From positions 1 to 46,235 of the forward strand of contig JAJFHM010000086.1 in NCBI GenBank assembly GCA_021775625.1: a stretch of 46,235 nucleotides of DNA. The letters are read 5' to 3'. Position numbers and translations under genes: made by a program. Positions 1-9,098 of this stretch are shown here, piece by piece (positions within the stretch are counted from its first letter, which is position 1; the number at the start of each line of letters is the position of its first letter). The notes beneath the pieces are model-generated. The model ran no database searches. It was not told the DNA's origin and was given only the letters and a program-made list of their open reading frames with translations. The DNA comes from Hyphomicrobiales bacterium. Its GTDB lineage: Bacteria > Pseudomonadota > Alphaproteobacteria > Rhizobiales > JAJFHB01.

Positions 1-306
1 AGCAGGTCGGCGGATGACAAGAGCCACCTGCGGGAGCGGAAAAGTCCGAAAATCTGGTACAGCGAAAGCCCCTATGTCATCCAGGAACTGCTGGTTGCGG
101 GAATGGGCTGGGCTGTGCTGCCGCAAACCGTGATTGCCCGACAACTGGCGCGGGGCGAATTGATCCGCCTGAACTACGGTTTTCAACAGACCGATGTCCT
201 GCATGGTGTTGACGTGGTCTGGACAGAGCGCCGCGCCCTGGGCAGCGGCGGGCAGTGGCTCCTGGATCAACTGTTCAGCCTCAGGCCCGATCTGTGGTCG
301 GCATGA
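1..306 (+). CDS. LysR-family transcriptional regulator, C-terminal fragment (5' end lies outside the window)
   Basis: Frame 1 is open from base 1 to the TGA at 304-306. The translation (...SPYVIQELLVAGMGWAVLPQTVIARQLARGELIRL...) is the usual C-terminal effector-domain pattern of LysR-type regulators. Confidence 0.8.
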   Translation, partial: SRSADDKSHLRERKSPKIWYSESPYVIQELLVAGMGWAVLPQTVIARQLARGELIRLNYGFQQTDVLHGVDVVWTERRALGSGGQWLLDQLFSLRPDLWSA

Positions 307-468
307 AGCGCTCTGGAGCACCGGGGCGGATGACCGGTCGCGGCCGCGCAGCAAAACTCGTGGCGCTTCCGGCGGCGATGTGCGCAAATTCTCTCATTGA
401 GCGTCAAGGCTGAATTGCGTAAGTCTGCTGGCGAAGCACGAGACATTTCAGGGCAGGGAACGACAACC

Positions 469-2424
469 ATGACCGAACCGGTTTGGACACCGTCCGATGA
501 AACCATCCGCACCGCCAATCTGACGCGGTTCATGGAGTATGTGAACGAGGCCCACGCGGTCGGCGCCAACAGCTTCGATGCCTTGCATGCCTGGTCGGTG
601 TCCGATCAGGAGAGCTTCTGGTCGTCGGTGTGGGATTTCTGCGGCGTTCGCGCGTCACACAAGGGGGACCGGATTGTCGTCGATGGGAACAAGATGCCGG
701 GCGCCAGATATTTCCCCGACGCGAAGTTGAACTTCGCTGAAAACCTGCTGCGCCGCAACGACGATACCACTGCCATGATCTTCCGCGGCGAAGATAAGGT
801 CCGCAGCCAGATGAGCTGGCGCGAACTCAACGATCTGGTGTCGCGCATCCAGCAGGGGTTTGCCGGGCTGGGTCTTGAGGCGGGCGACCGCGTGGCAGCC
901 GTTGTTCCCAACATGCCGCAGACTGCCGCGTTGATGCTGGGCGCAACCTCGCGTGGCGCCATCTGGTCGTCCTGTTCTCCGGATTTCGGCGAGACCGGAA
1001 TTCTCGACCGTTTCAGTCAGATCAATCCCAAGGTGCTCATCGCCTGCGATGGCTATTACTACAACGGCAAGGAGATCGACATTTCCGAAAAACTGGCGGC
1101 CGTCGCGGCACAGCTGCCGAGCGTCGAGAAGATTATCATCATCTCCTATCTCGGCCGCGCCGATGAGCTTGCAGCGCGCATCCCAAACGCTGTCAGTCTT
1201 GACGCCTTCATCGCCGATCACGTGCCCGGCGAAATCGCCTTCGAACAGCTGCCGTTCGACCATCCGCTCTATATCCTGTTTTCCAGTGGCACCACCGGTG
1301 CGCCCAAATGCATCGTGCACGGGGCAGGCTCCGCGCTGATCAAGCATCTGAGCGAGCTCTACTTTCAGGCCAATGTGAAGCCGGGCGACAAGCTGTTCTA
1401 TTTTTCCACCTGTGGCTGGATGATGTGGAACTGGCTGATGTCGGCACTGGCCTGCGAAGCCACGCTGGTGCTGTATGACGGTTCTCCCTTTGCGCCGTCC
1501 GAACGGGTGTTGTTCGATTATGCCGATGAAGTCGGGATCGACATTTTCGGAACCTCTGCCAAATATATTGACAGTCTGCGAAACACCGGATGGCGCCCGA
1601 AGGACACTCATTCGCTCAAGACCATCCGCACCATTCTGTCTACGGGGTCGACGCTGGTGGCGGAAAGCTTCGATTATATCTATGACGCCGTGAAGTCGGA
1701 TGTTCAGCTGTCTTCCATGTCGGGCGGAACCGATCTTTGCGGCTGTTTCGTCGGCGGCTGTGCGGTTGAACCGGTGTGGCGCGGGGAAATTCAGGCAAGC
1801 GCCCTGGGCATTGATGTGGATGTCTGGGACGATGATGGCAAGCCGCTGGCAAAAGGCAAGGGTGAGCTGGTGTGTACCAAGCCGTTTCCCTCCATGCCGA
1901 TCAGGTTCTGGAACGATCCGGATGGTGTGAAGTATCACAACGCCTATTTCGCCCGATTTGACAATATCTGGTGTCACGGTGATTTTGCCGAATGGTCCGA
2001 GCATGGCGGATTGCTCATCCACGGCCGTTCTGACGCCACGCTCAATCCCGGCGGGGTGCGCATTGGAACATCGGAAATCTACGCCCAGGTTGAAACCATG
2101 GACGAAGTGGAAGAAGCGCTCGCAATTGGCCAGGACTGGGACAATGATACGCGGATCGTTCTGTTTGTCCGTCTCAGTGCGGACGCCACTCTCGACGACG
2201 ATCTCATCGCCACCATCAAGCAGCGTATCCGCAAAGGCGCCTCGCCGCGCCATCTGCCGGCGAAGGTTGTTGCCGTAGCCGACATTCCGCGCACAAAATC
2301 GGGAAAAATCACCGAGCTGGCGGTGCGCGATGTGGTGCACGGACGCGAAGTAAAGAATAAGGAAGCGCTGGCCAATCCCAAAGCGCTCGATCTGTTTCGC
2401 AATATTCCAGAACTGCAGGTGTGA
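469..2424 (+). CDS. aacS: acetoacetyl-CoA synthetase (acetoacetate--CoA ligase)
   Basis: The 397..2424 ORF has AMP-binding motifs (LYILFSSGTTGAPKCIVH, DATLNPGGVRIGTSEIY, PRTKSGKITELAVRDVVHG). It is nearly colinear with rhizobial AacS as I recall it (WSSVWDFCGV, RYFPDAKLNFAENLL, ALANPKALDLF). I prefer the ATG at 469 (MTEPVW), preceded by AGGGA, over the TTG at 397. Confidence 0.93.
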   Translation: MTEPVWTPSDETIRTANLTRFMEYVNEAHAVGANSFDALHAWSVSDQESFWSSVWDFCGVRASHKGDRIVVDGNKMPGARYFPDAKLNFAENLLRRNDDTTAMIFRGEDKVRSQMSWRELNDLVSRIQQGFAGLGLEAGDRVAAVVPNMPQTAALMLGATSRGAIWSSCSPDFGETGILDRFSQINPKVLIACDGYYYNGKEIDISEKLAAVAAQLPSVEKIIIISYLGRADELAARIPNAVSLDAFIADHVPGEIAFEQLPFDHPLYILFSSGTTGAPKCIVHGAGSALIKHLSELYFQANVKPGDKLFYFSTCGWMMWNWLMSALACEATLVLYDGSPFAPSERVLFDYADEVGIDIFGTSAKYIDSLRNTGWRPKDTHSLKTIRTILSTGSTLVAESFDYIYDAVKSDVQLSSMSGGTDLCGCFVGGCAVEPVWRGEIQASALGIDVDVWDDDGKPLAKGKGELVCTKPFPSMPIRFWNDPDGVKYHNAYFARFDNIWCHGDFAEWSEHGGLLIHGRSDATLNPGGVRIGTSEIYAQVETMDEVEEALAIGQDWDNDTRIVLFVRLSADATLDDDLIATIKQRIRKGASPRHLPAKVVAVADIPRTKSGKITELAVRDVVHGREVKNKEALANPKALDLFRNIPELQV

Positions 2425-2624
2425 TTGCTTTGCTGGGAAATGTGCTCTGGTGTGAACAACATTATTCAGAATTGTAGGTTCACTGTACTTAGTTTCTGTG
2501 CTCAGAGGCACGTATTTTCAATCAAATAAATTGAAGAAGTTTTGTTTTTGCTTGGGTAAAATACCGAAGTTATTGCTTCTCATCCTGATACGCATCACCA
2601 TTCAGTCTGGCGGCCAGCTGCCAG

Positions 2625-2648
2625 AGGGCGACCCTGCGCGCCTTTTTT
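2625..2648 (+). terminator. weak intrinsic-terminator-like hairpin with a T6 run, about 200 nt downstream of aacS
   Basis: GGCG (2627-2630) pairs with CGCC (2639-2642) across an 8-nt loop and is followed by TTTTTT (2643-2648). The stem is short, so this could be the aacS 3' end or the end of a small transcript. Confidence 0.3.
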
Positions 2649-2849
2649 GTACAGACATGGGACGTATATTAACGTGAAATTAAATATAAAAATCATCTAA
2701 AATTGTATGAAACATGTATTAAAATTGAATCATCAAGGTAACTGAGCGTTAGTCAACAAACATGCATTCGGTTGTATTTCAAATTGTACAGAATATACTG
2801 AGGATTGAAATTGCGGTATTTCGCATTGGCCCTTGGAAGGGAATGAATA

Positions 2850-3917
2850 ATGAAAAAGTGCAATTGTTCCAGAGGAATTTCCAAAGGGCGGGTGTCTCGG
2901 TTTTTGGCTGAGCGGTCCGGTAATGTCGCAATGCTGTTCGGGATAACCCTGTTGCCGATTCTCATCGCGGTCGGCGTTGCGGTTGACTATACCAACGCCT
3001 CGGCGGTGCAGCAGAAACTGGCGGGCACCACGGATGCAATCGCCCTGGCGTCGGCGCGCGCTTACAAGGACGTCGATGGGCGTGAAAGCGTTGGTGACGC
3101 GTTCCTCGAAACCAACATGGACAACTACAATTCGCCTGTCACGGTCACAAATCTGGACGTGGATTTTGACGACGCTGCGAAGACCGTCCGAGTGACGATG
3201 ACCGCAGATGTTCCGACATACATAATGAATATTGCCGGCTACGACAAGCAGACGATCACGCTCACCAGCCTGGTCTCCTACGAAGGTCATGTGTCAGAGC
3301 CGGTGTCGCTGGGTATGGTTCTCGACGTGTCCGGATCCATGAACTGGAGCAACAAGATCGGCACGCTGCGGACGGCGGCAACGCACCTTCTGGACAAGCT
3401 GGATGCAGCAGACCCGGACGGCATCTATGTGCGCACCGGACTGACAACCTATTATTCCAGCATCCGCAACACCGTCACAATGGACTGGAGTGTCGACCAC
3501 ACCAGGTCGATTATTCAGGGATTGTGGGCGAGCGGTGGAACCCGCTCGACCGCCGCGGTATCGGCCACCGGCGGTTGGCTGATAGGTAACAGCGAACTGG
3601 CACTGCATGAACAACAGCCGGTGCACGAAGGCGAGGAATTCAACCTCCACCGCTTCTTGATTTTCATGACCGACGGAGACAACAACTACAGCTCCGACGA
3701 TACGCTAACGCAGGCCCAGTGCGACCTGATCAAGGCTGACGGAATTGAGATTTATTCCGTCGCATTTGAAGCGCCGGCCGGTGGCCAGGCCCTGCTGGAA
3801 TACTGCGCCAGTTCGGAAGATCATTACTTCGACGCAGTCGACTCGGCGACTTTCCTTGCGGCGTTCGAGGAAATCGGCGACCGCATCGAAGAAGCGTTGA
3901 TCAAGATCATCGAGTAA
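2850..3917 (+). CDS. TadE/TadG-like N-terminal domain protein with a von Willebrand factor A domain (putative Flp-pilus associated)
   Basis: The N-terminus (FLAERSGNVAMLFGITLLPILIAVGVAVDY) is the TadE/G-like pseudopilin-type segment. A vWA MIDAS-like motif (LDVSGSM ... GGTRST ... FMTDGDNN) follows. ATG at 2850 is preceded by GGAAGGGA. Confidence 0.85.
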   Translation: MKKCNCSRGISKGRVSRFLAERSGNVAMLFGITLLPILIAVGVAVDYTNASAVQQKLAGTTDAIALASARAYKDVDGRESVGDAFLETNMDNYNSPVTVTNLDVDFDDAAKTVRVTMTADVPTYIMNIAGYDKQTITLTSLVSYEGHVSEPVSLGMVLDVSGSMNWSNKIGTLRTAATHLLDKLDAADPDGIYVRTGLTTYYSSIRNTVTMDWSVDHTRSIIQGLWASGGTRSTAAVSATGGWLIGNSELALHEQQPVHEGEEFNLHRFLIFMTDGDNNYSSDDTLTQAQCDLIKADGIEIYSVAFEAPAGGQALLEYCASSEDHYFDAVDSATFLAAFEEIGDRIEEALIKIIE

Positions 3918-3932
3918 ATTAGCTGACCACAA

Positions 3933-5636
3933 TCAACGCGATGGCCGGTATTTCGGTTCCTTCAATGTGCGGTTGAGCAGCATGACGGGAACCAGGCCGG
4001 CCAAAACGATGGTCAGGGCGGCCAGGGCGCTTTCTTCCAGCAGGTCGAGTGAGGCATATGTGTAGACATGTGTCGCCAGCGTGTCGAAGTTGAACGGCCG
4101 CAGGATCAAGGTCGCCGGCAATTCCTTCATACAATCGACGAACACCAACAGGCCCGCTGCGGCAATTGCGGGTCTGATCAGCGGCAAGTGCACTTCGCGC
4201 AGCGCCCCGGTAGAAGTTCGCCCCAGCGTGCGGGCCGCCGCTGCCAGGTTGGGCGTGACCCGGCCGAGACCGGTTTCCATGTTGCCGTAGGACACCGCCA
4301 GAAATCGCACCACATAAGCATAGACAATCGAGAAGATGGTGCCGGTGAGCAGCAAACCGGTGGAGATCTCCAGCACGTCACGCGCCATGCCGTCGACGAA
4401 GTTGTCGAACCGGGTGAGGGGGATCAATATGCCGATGCCCAGCACGGCGCCCGGCACAGCGTATCCCACGCTGGCAAAGCGGATGGCGATCTGCACAAAG
4501 TCGGACCGCGCCAGTCTGTGCGCATAGGCCAGAAACAGCCCGATCAGGATCGCTGTGACCGCGGCCAGAACGGAGAGCAACAGGCTGTTACGGACAAACC
4601 GCAAATATTCGGCATTGGCGGCGGCGTCGAAATAATCCACCGCGAAATCCAGCAGCACCGCTCCTGGAATAACAAAGCCCAGGACAATCGGCCCGATGCA
4701 TACAACGGTCGCAATCCAGGCGCGCCAGCCCTTGAGCCGTTGCCGTGTGGGTTTGCGCTCGCGCTGGGACATGTGGTGAAACCGCTGGCCTGAGCGCCCG
4801 ACCCGTTCCAGCCAGATCAACGCAAAGACGAAGATCAGCATGATGCTGGCGATTTGCGCCGCGCCACCCAGATTGCCGCGCTCCAGCCAGGTCGAATATA
4901 TGCCGACAGTGAGCGTATGAACGCCGAAATATTCGACCGCCCCGATGTCATTGAGGCACTCCATCATCGCTAGGGATACGCCAACAACAATGCCCGGTCG
5001 GGCCAGGGGCAGGGCGACCGAAAAGAATGTTCCGATGGCAGTGCGGCCCAGGGTGCGGCTGACCTCCAGATGGCACACGGATTGTTTCAGGAAGCTCGCC
5101 CGCGCAGTGAGATAAACATAAGGGTAGAGCACGAACGACATGACGAATATGGCGCCACCGGTGGTGCGGATGTCCGGAAACCAGTAGTCCCGCGAATTGT
5201 GCCATCCGAACAGGTCACGCAACGTGCCTTGCACCACACCGGAATACTCGAACACATCGACATAGGTGTACGCGATGATATAGGTCGGCATCGCCAGCGG
5301 AATGAGCAGCGCCCATTGCAGCCACTTGCGGCACGGGAAACGGTACATGGTGATCAGCCAGGCCGTCGACGTGCCGATAATGAAGGTGGCAAGCCCGACA
5401 CCAATCATCAACAGGAGTGTCTGCTTCACGTAACCCGGCAGCACTGTTGCAATGAGATGCGGCCAGATGTTCTCTGTCGGAAACAGGGCAAGCAGGCCGA
5501 TCGACAAGACCGGCAGGGCCACAAGTGTGCTGACGGCAACCGCGCCGATACCCCAAATCCGGTCCTTGTCGCCGATCAGCAACGGCTGCTGGTTTGCGGC
5601 CGTTGTCCGGTGCTCGTCGTGAAGGCGGTCGTCCAT
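3933..5636 (-). CDS. iron(III)-type ABC transporter permease, duplicated two-domain FbpB/HitB-like
   Basis: 567-aa polytopic protein. It has two MalFG-type permease halves, each with an EAA-like loop (EVSRTLGRTAIGTFFSVALPLARPG and AAARTLGRTSTGALREVHLPLIRPA). This is typical of Fe3+ (FbpB/SfuB/HitB) permeases. Confidence 0.88.
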   Translation of the reverse strand: MDDRLHDEHRTTAANQQPLLIGDKDRIWGIGAVAVSTLVALPVLSIGLLALFPTENIWPHLIATVLPGYVKQTLLLMIGVGLATFIIGTSTAWLITMYRFPCRKWLQWALLIPLAMPTYIIAYTYVDVFEYSGVVQGTLRDLFGWHNSRDYWFPDIRTTGGAIFVMSFVLYPYVYLTARASFLKQSVCHLEVSRTLGRTAIGTFFSVALPLARPGIVVGVSLAMMECLNDIGAVEYFGVHTLTVGIYSTWLERGNLGGAAQIASIMLIFVFALIWLERVGRSGQRFHHMSQRERKPTRQRLKGWRAWIATVVCIGPIVLGFVIPGAVLLDFAVDYFDAAANAEYLRFVRNSLLLSVLAAVTAILIGLFLAYAHRLARSDFVQIAIRFASVGYAVPGAVLGIGILIPLTRFDNFVDGMARDVLEISTGLLLTGTIFSIVYAYVVRFLAVSYGNMETGLGRVTPNLAAAARTLGRTSTGALREVHLPLIRPAIAAAGLLVFVDCMKELPATLILRPFNFDTLATHVYTYASLDLLEESALAALTIVLAGLVPVMLLNRTLKEPKYRPSR

Positions 5637-5685
5637 GGTTCCTGTCGTGTGGCGGAGCCGGTCGAGTAGGCCCTAACTCTTTGAC

Positions 5686-5702
5686 TTTAAAATGCTTCTA
5701 AG
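5686..5702. promoter_or_regulatory. Iron Control Element (ICE)-like palindrome, candidate Irr operator upstream of the Fe permease
   Basis: TTTAAAA-TGC-TTCTAAG matches the rhizobial ICE consensus TTTAGAA-N3-TTCTAAA at 12 of 14 defined positions. It lies 50 nt upstream of the permease start at 5636. Confidence 0.45.
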
Positions 5703-5763
5703 GTGCAACTCATTCTCAATATGAGGTGCAAGTGCCGCTTATAGGGGGTATCGGCTGGCAGGG

Positions 5764-8118
5764 TCAATCGGCCAGCACCCGGGTTGTCGGGAAGGTAATC
5801 TGCACCCGGGTGCCGCGGCCGGGTTCGCTTTCGATTTCGAAGGCAGCTCGATTGGCTTCGGCCAGTGCCTTGGTCAGGGGCAGCCCCAGGCCGGTGCCGG
5901 GCCTTTCAGGGCTCTGGGTCTGCTCGACCCGCTGAAACGGCTCCATCGCCTGCACCAGCTCTTCCGAAGACATGCCGATGCCGGTGTCCTTGACCAGCAG
6001 CTTGATCTGGCCGTCCTCGTCCATCAACGCCGAAACGATCACCTGGCCGCCCTTACCGGTGAACTTCACCGCGTTGGACAACAGGTTGAGCAGGATCTGG
6101 CGCATGCTGCGCTGGTCGGCAACCACATTGGGCAGCCGCTCGGTGACGCTGGTGCGAATGATGATGCGTTCCCGCGTCGCCTGTTCCTGGATGATGCCGA
6201 TGCACTGCTGGATAATGTCCGACAGATCGACGCTGGTAAAGTTGAGCTCCAGCTTGCCGGCTTCGACCTTGGAGAGATCAAGCAAGTCATTGATCAGGCT
6301 CAAGAGATGTTCGCCGCTGGAATGGATATCGTTGACATATCCCTTGTAGCGGTCGTTGGAGATGCTGCCGAATTTTTCAGTCTGCATCACTTCCGAGAAC
6401 CCGATGATGGCGTTTAGCGGCGTGCGCAGCTCGTGGCTGATATTGGCCAGGAATTCTGACTTCTGCGCGTTGGCGCGCTCGGCTTGGTCCTTGGCCGTAC
6501 GCAACTCCTCTTCGGTGCGTTTCCACTGGGTGATGTCGCGCAGCACGGCACAGTATTTGGGGGTGGCGTCGCGGTCGTCGCCTTCCGTATAGATCCGCCC
6601 GATGGTAACGAACAGCGGGATTTCTCCTCCCTGCCGTTCGACCCCGACGATTTCACGGCCGTCATTGAAGATGCGGGCCAATCCGCTGTCTGTCAGGGCG
6701 GCGAGATAATCGCGCACCGTGGCGGCGCTGCTGGTGGTGACAAGGTCGTAGAACGAACGCCCCACCGCTTCCTGGCTGTCAAATCCGAAGATCGCCTGCG
6801 CGCTTGAATTGATGGAGGCGATCCGGCCCTGATGATCCAGTGTCAGAACGCCATCCGTTGCGGTGTCGAGTATGGTCCGCAGATCCTGATCGCTCGGCAC
6901 CGCCGGGCCTGGCTGCCGGGTCGGCTCGGCCTCCGCATCAGCTTCCGCCGCAGGCTCGCCGTTTGTCAGCGTTTCCGCGATGTGCCGGAAGGCGGCGTGG
7001 TCTTCGGCGCTGAGCCTGGCGGCGGCCTCCTTGTCCAGTTTGGCCTCGGCGGCGGTCACGGGCGTGGGATGGCTGTCCGGAGCCACGATGGGGGCGCCGA
7101 TGCCGCGATAGCCGGCAAAGCGTCCGGACGCATCGAAGTGCGGCACCGCACTCAAATAAAGTGCAACGGTGCCTTGCGCCGCCGGCCACTCGACCGCGGT
7201 GCGCCATGCGTCACGGTTTTCCAGCGCCCGGGCAATTGCCCCTCCGGGGTCGATGTTGTGCAGTTCGGCAAACTCCGCCCATGAGGTCCCAACCGGATCA
7301 CCCGGCACATCGCCATCAGCCGACGAAAAGCACAATGCTTCGTCCAGCTCCCAGGTGACCGTTGAGGCCGCAGCGGCAAAATCGGCCAGCCGGTCGGCAT
7401 GAGCCCGCAATTCCTGCTCCAGCGAACGGCGGTCGGCGACGTCGTCGAGCTGCAGAACATAACGTTGCTCAATATCGCCGCCGGCTGGCTCGGGCTCCAT
7501 GTTGATGCGGTGCGGACGGCTGCCGAAGCGCGTCTTTATGTCGACAATCTGGCTGACAAGGCCGGCCGCCTTTGCCTGTCGCAGAAATCCGCCCGCGGTT
7601 TCGGCGCTGCCGATGATTTCTTTCAGGCTGCCCGGGGTGGCATAGGTCCACAAATCGCGGGCAGCGGCATTGCAGTGGAGAACGTCGCCGCTGCCTGAGA
7701 GAATGACGATCGGTGAAGGCAGGGTGTCGAGGATGCCGTGCGAAACCGAAGGGTCAGGCGCCCGCGCTGCATCGAGAGCGAGCGTTGCGACCACCAGCAG
7801 GCCCGCTCTGCCGTCATTCAGCGGGTGGTACCGGCAATTCCATTCGATGGCGCGCTCGACAGTGGCACCGGAAAACGCCAGATGCGCGCGGGTCGTCTCT
7901 CCGTTTCCAAGCTGTCGGGAGAAGTCTCCCAGCCTGGCTATGCCAGTATCGGTTGGCGGAAACCGGCGTTCGACAAGATCGAAGGGCGTGCCGGCTCCCC
8001 AGAAGGCACATCCGGCCTCATTCGCCCAGGCTACACGCATGCGTTCAGGATCCCACAACCACGCAGGTTCGGGAGCCTGGCTCAGCGCATCGAGCGTGGC
8101 TGCAACGTCGTCCGTCAC
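5764..8118 (-). CDS. PAS-domain sensor histidine kinase (soluble; PleC/DivJ/PdhS-like catalytic core)
   Basis: HisKA H-box (ANISHELRTPLNAIIGFSE) and HATPase N/G boxes (LLNLLSNAVKF, DTGIGM, GTGLGLPLTKALAE) are present. There are several PAS-like segments and no TM helices. GTG start at 8118 is preceded by AAGGA. Confidence 0.93.
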   Translation of the reverse strand: MTDDVAATLDALSQAPEPAWLWDPERMRVAWANEAGCAFWGAGTPFDLVERRFPPTDTGIARLGDFSRQLGNGETTRAHLAFSGATVERAIEWNCRYHPLNDGRAGLLVVATLALDAARAPDPSVSHGILDTLPSPIVILSGSGDVLHCNAAARDLWTYATPGSLKEIIGSAETAGGFLRQAKAAGLVSQIVDIKTRFGSRPHRINMEPEPAGGDIEQRYVLQLDDVADRRSLEQELRAHADRLADFAAAASTVTWELDEALCFSSADGDVPGDPVGTSWAEFAELHNIDPGGAIARALENRDAWRTAVEWPAAQGTVALYLSAVPHFDASGRFAGYRGIGAPIVAPDSHPTPVTAAEAKLDKEAAARLSAEDHAAFRHIAETLTNGEPAAEADAEAEPTRQPGPAVPSDQDLRTILDTATDGVLTLDHQGRIASINSSAQAIFGFDSQEAVGRSFYDLVTTSSAATVRDYLAALTDSGLARIFNDGREIVGVERQGGEIPLFVTIGRIYTEGDDRDATPKYCAVLRDITQWKRTEEELRTAKDQAERANAQKSEFLANISHELRTPLNAIIGFSEVMQTEKFGSISNDRYKGYVNDIHSSGEHLLSLINDLLDLSKVEAGKLELNFTSVDLSDIIQQCIGIIQEQATRERIIIRTSVTERLPNVVADQRSMRQILLNLLSNAVKFTGKGGQVIVSALMDEDGQIKLLVKDTGIGMSSEELVQAMEPFQRVEQTQSPERPGTGLGLPLTKALAEANRAAFEIESEPGRGTRVQITFPTTRVLAD

Positions 8119-8399
8119 AAATTCCTTTCCTGCCAGGTGCGGTTTCCCCGCATGCCTGGCCGTTCAGGTGGCCTCTCCCCGTACGTGATGTTACCGGCAA
8201 TGTTTCTGCCGGCGTGTGCCTGAATGCGCCGCATCTGATATCCGGGTTCACCTTATCGAATGGATATTCCCGCCGTCCAGCGCCAACTGTACGAAATTCA
8301 CTGAAACATAAAGCGGTTTTGCTGCGCCTGTGGCAACCGGGAGCATTCGTTTTAGGCATCCGGGGTGCGCGCCGTGCGGTTTGTTCACAGATTTTATGA

Positions 8400-8427
8400 T
8401 GCAATGCAATATAAATGTTGCATTGCA
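8400..8427. promoter_or_regulatory. 28-bp TGC-rich perfect-arm palindrome upstream of the phasin gene (candidate PhaR-type operator)
   Basis: TGCAATGCAA (8400-8409), spacer tataaatg, then TTGCATTGCA (8418-8427). The arms are exact reverse complements. It lies about 90 nt upstream of the phasin ATG at 8515, in the divergent kinase/phasin intergenic region. Confidence 0.4.
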
Positions 8428-8514
8428 CAATCAGCCTCTCTATATCCTGACCACAATCACCCGCAGGTCCCCATGACGGATGCGGATGGACTCACACCCA
8501 AGGAGTGTTAAGAG

Positions 8515-8982
8515 ATGAGTGAAGCAACCAAGACTGAAACCACCAAAGCCAATGCGACCCAGGATGCCATGGCCGAAGTTCCTGCAACTTTGCGCGCAAT
8601 GACCGAGCACGGCATCGATCAGGCCAAAACCGCCTATGAGCAGATCAAAAACTCGACTCAAGACGCGGTTGCCGCGCTTGACGGTTCCGCCGATGCGCTG
8701 AAGACCGGTTCGACCGCATTCAACGTCAAGACCATTGAGTTCGCCCAGGTCAACATGAACGCCGGTTTTGAATTCGCCCGCCAGCTTGCCGGCGCCAAGG
8801 ACGTGAAGGAAGTGGTTGAGCTTCAATCCGCGTTCGCCCGCGACCAATTTGCCGCTTATTCCAGCCACGCAAAGGATCTTGGCGAGCTGTCGTCCAAAGT
8901 TGCCGAGTACACCTCGAAGCCTTTTGCCGACGGTGTCAAAAAGTCGTTCGAGCAGGCCAAGCAGATCTTCCCGGCCGTCTGA
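8515..8982 (+). CDS. phaP: phasin family protein (PHA granule-associated)
   Basis: 155-aa acidic, Ala-rich helical protein. The phasin_2-type pattern is present (TAFNVKTIEFAQVNMNAGFEFARQLAGAKDVKEVVELQSAFARDQF). A GGAG lies upstream of the ATG. Confidence 0.9.
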   Translation: MSEATKTETTKANATQDAMAEVPATLRAMTEHGIDQAKTAYEQIKNSTQDAVAALDGSADALKTGSTAFNVKTIEFAQVNMNAGFEFARQLAGAKDVKEVVELQSAFARDQFAAYSSHAKDLGELSSKVAEYTSKPFADGVKKSFEQAKQIFPAV

Positions 8983-9048
8983 CCTCGACGACCCCCGCAA
9001 CCAGCGCGGCCTCCGCCCACATTGACGGTGCGTGAGGCCGCTGCCGAA

Positions 9049-9081
9049 GGGCCCGGCCAATAGCCGGGCCCTTTGTTTGTT
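9049..9081 (+). terminator. rho-independent terminator after the phasin gene
   Basis: Perfect 9-bp GC stem GGGCCCGGC (9049-9057) / GCCGGGCCC (9063-9071) with loop CAATA, followed by TTTGTTTGTT. A second 8-bp hairpin (GCGGCCTC ... GAGGCCGC) lies just upstream. Confidence 0.85.
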
Positions 9082-9098
9082 CGGATTGATATCTGCAC

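Noticed and set aside
655-2511. 618-aa ORF antisense to the acetoacetyl-CoA synthetase gene. Similar long antisense or shadow ORFs occur at 14851-16386, 25498-26802, 26766-27854, 32789-34078, 34737-36050, 40279-41082 and 24065-25120.
   Set aside because: Their translations are Arg/Gly/Pro/His-rich and low in complexity, with no motifs. Each lies opposite a gene with clear family signatures. Long stop-free antisense frames are expected at this GC content.
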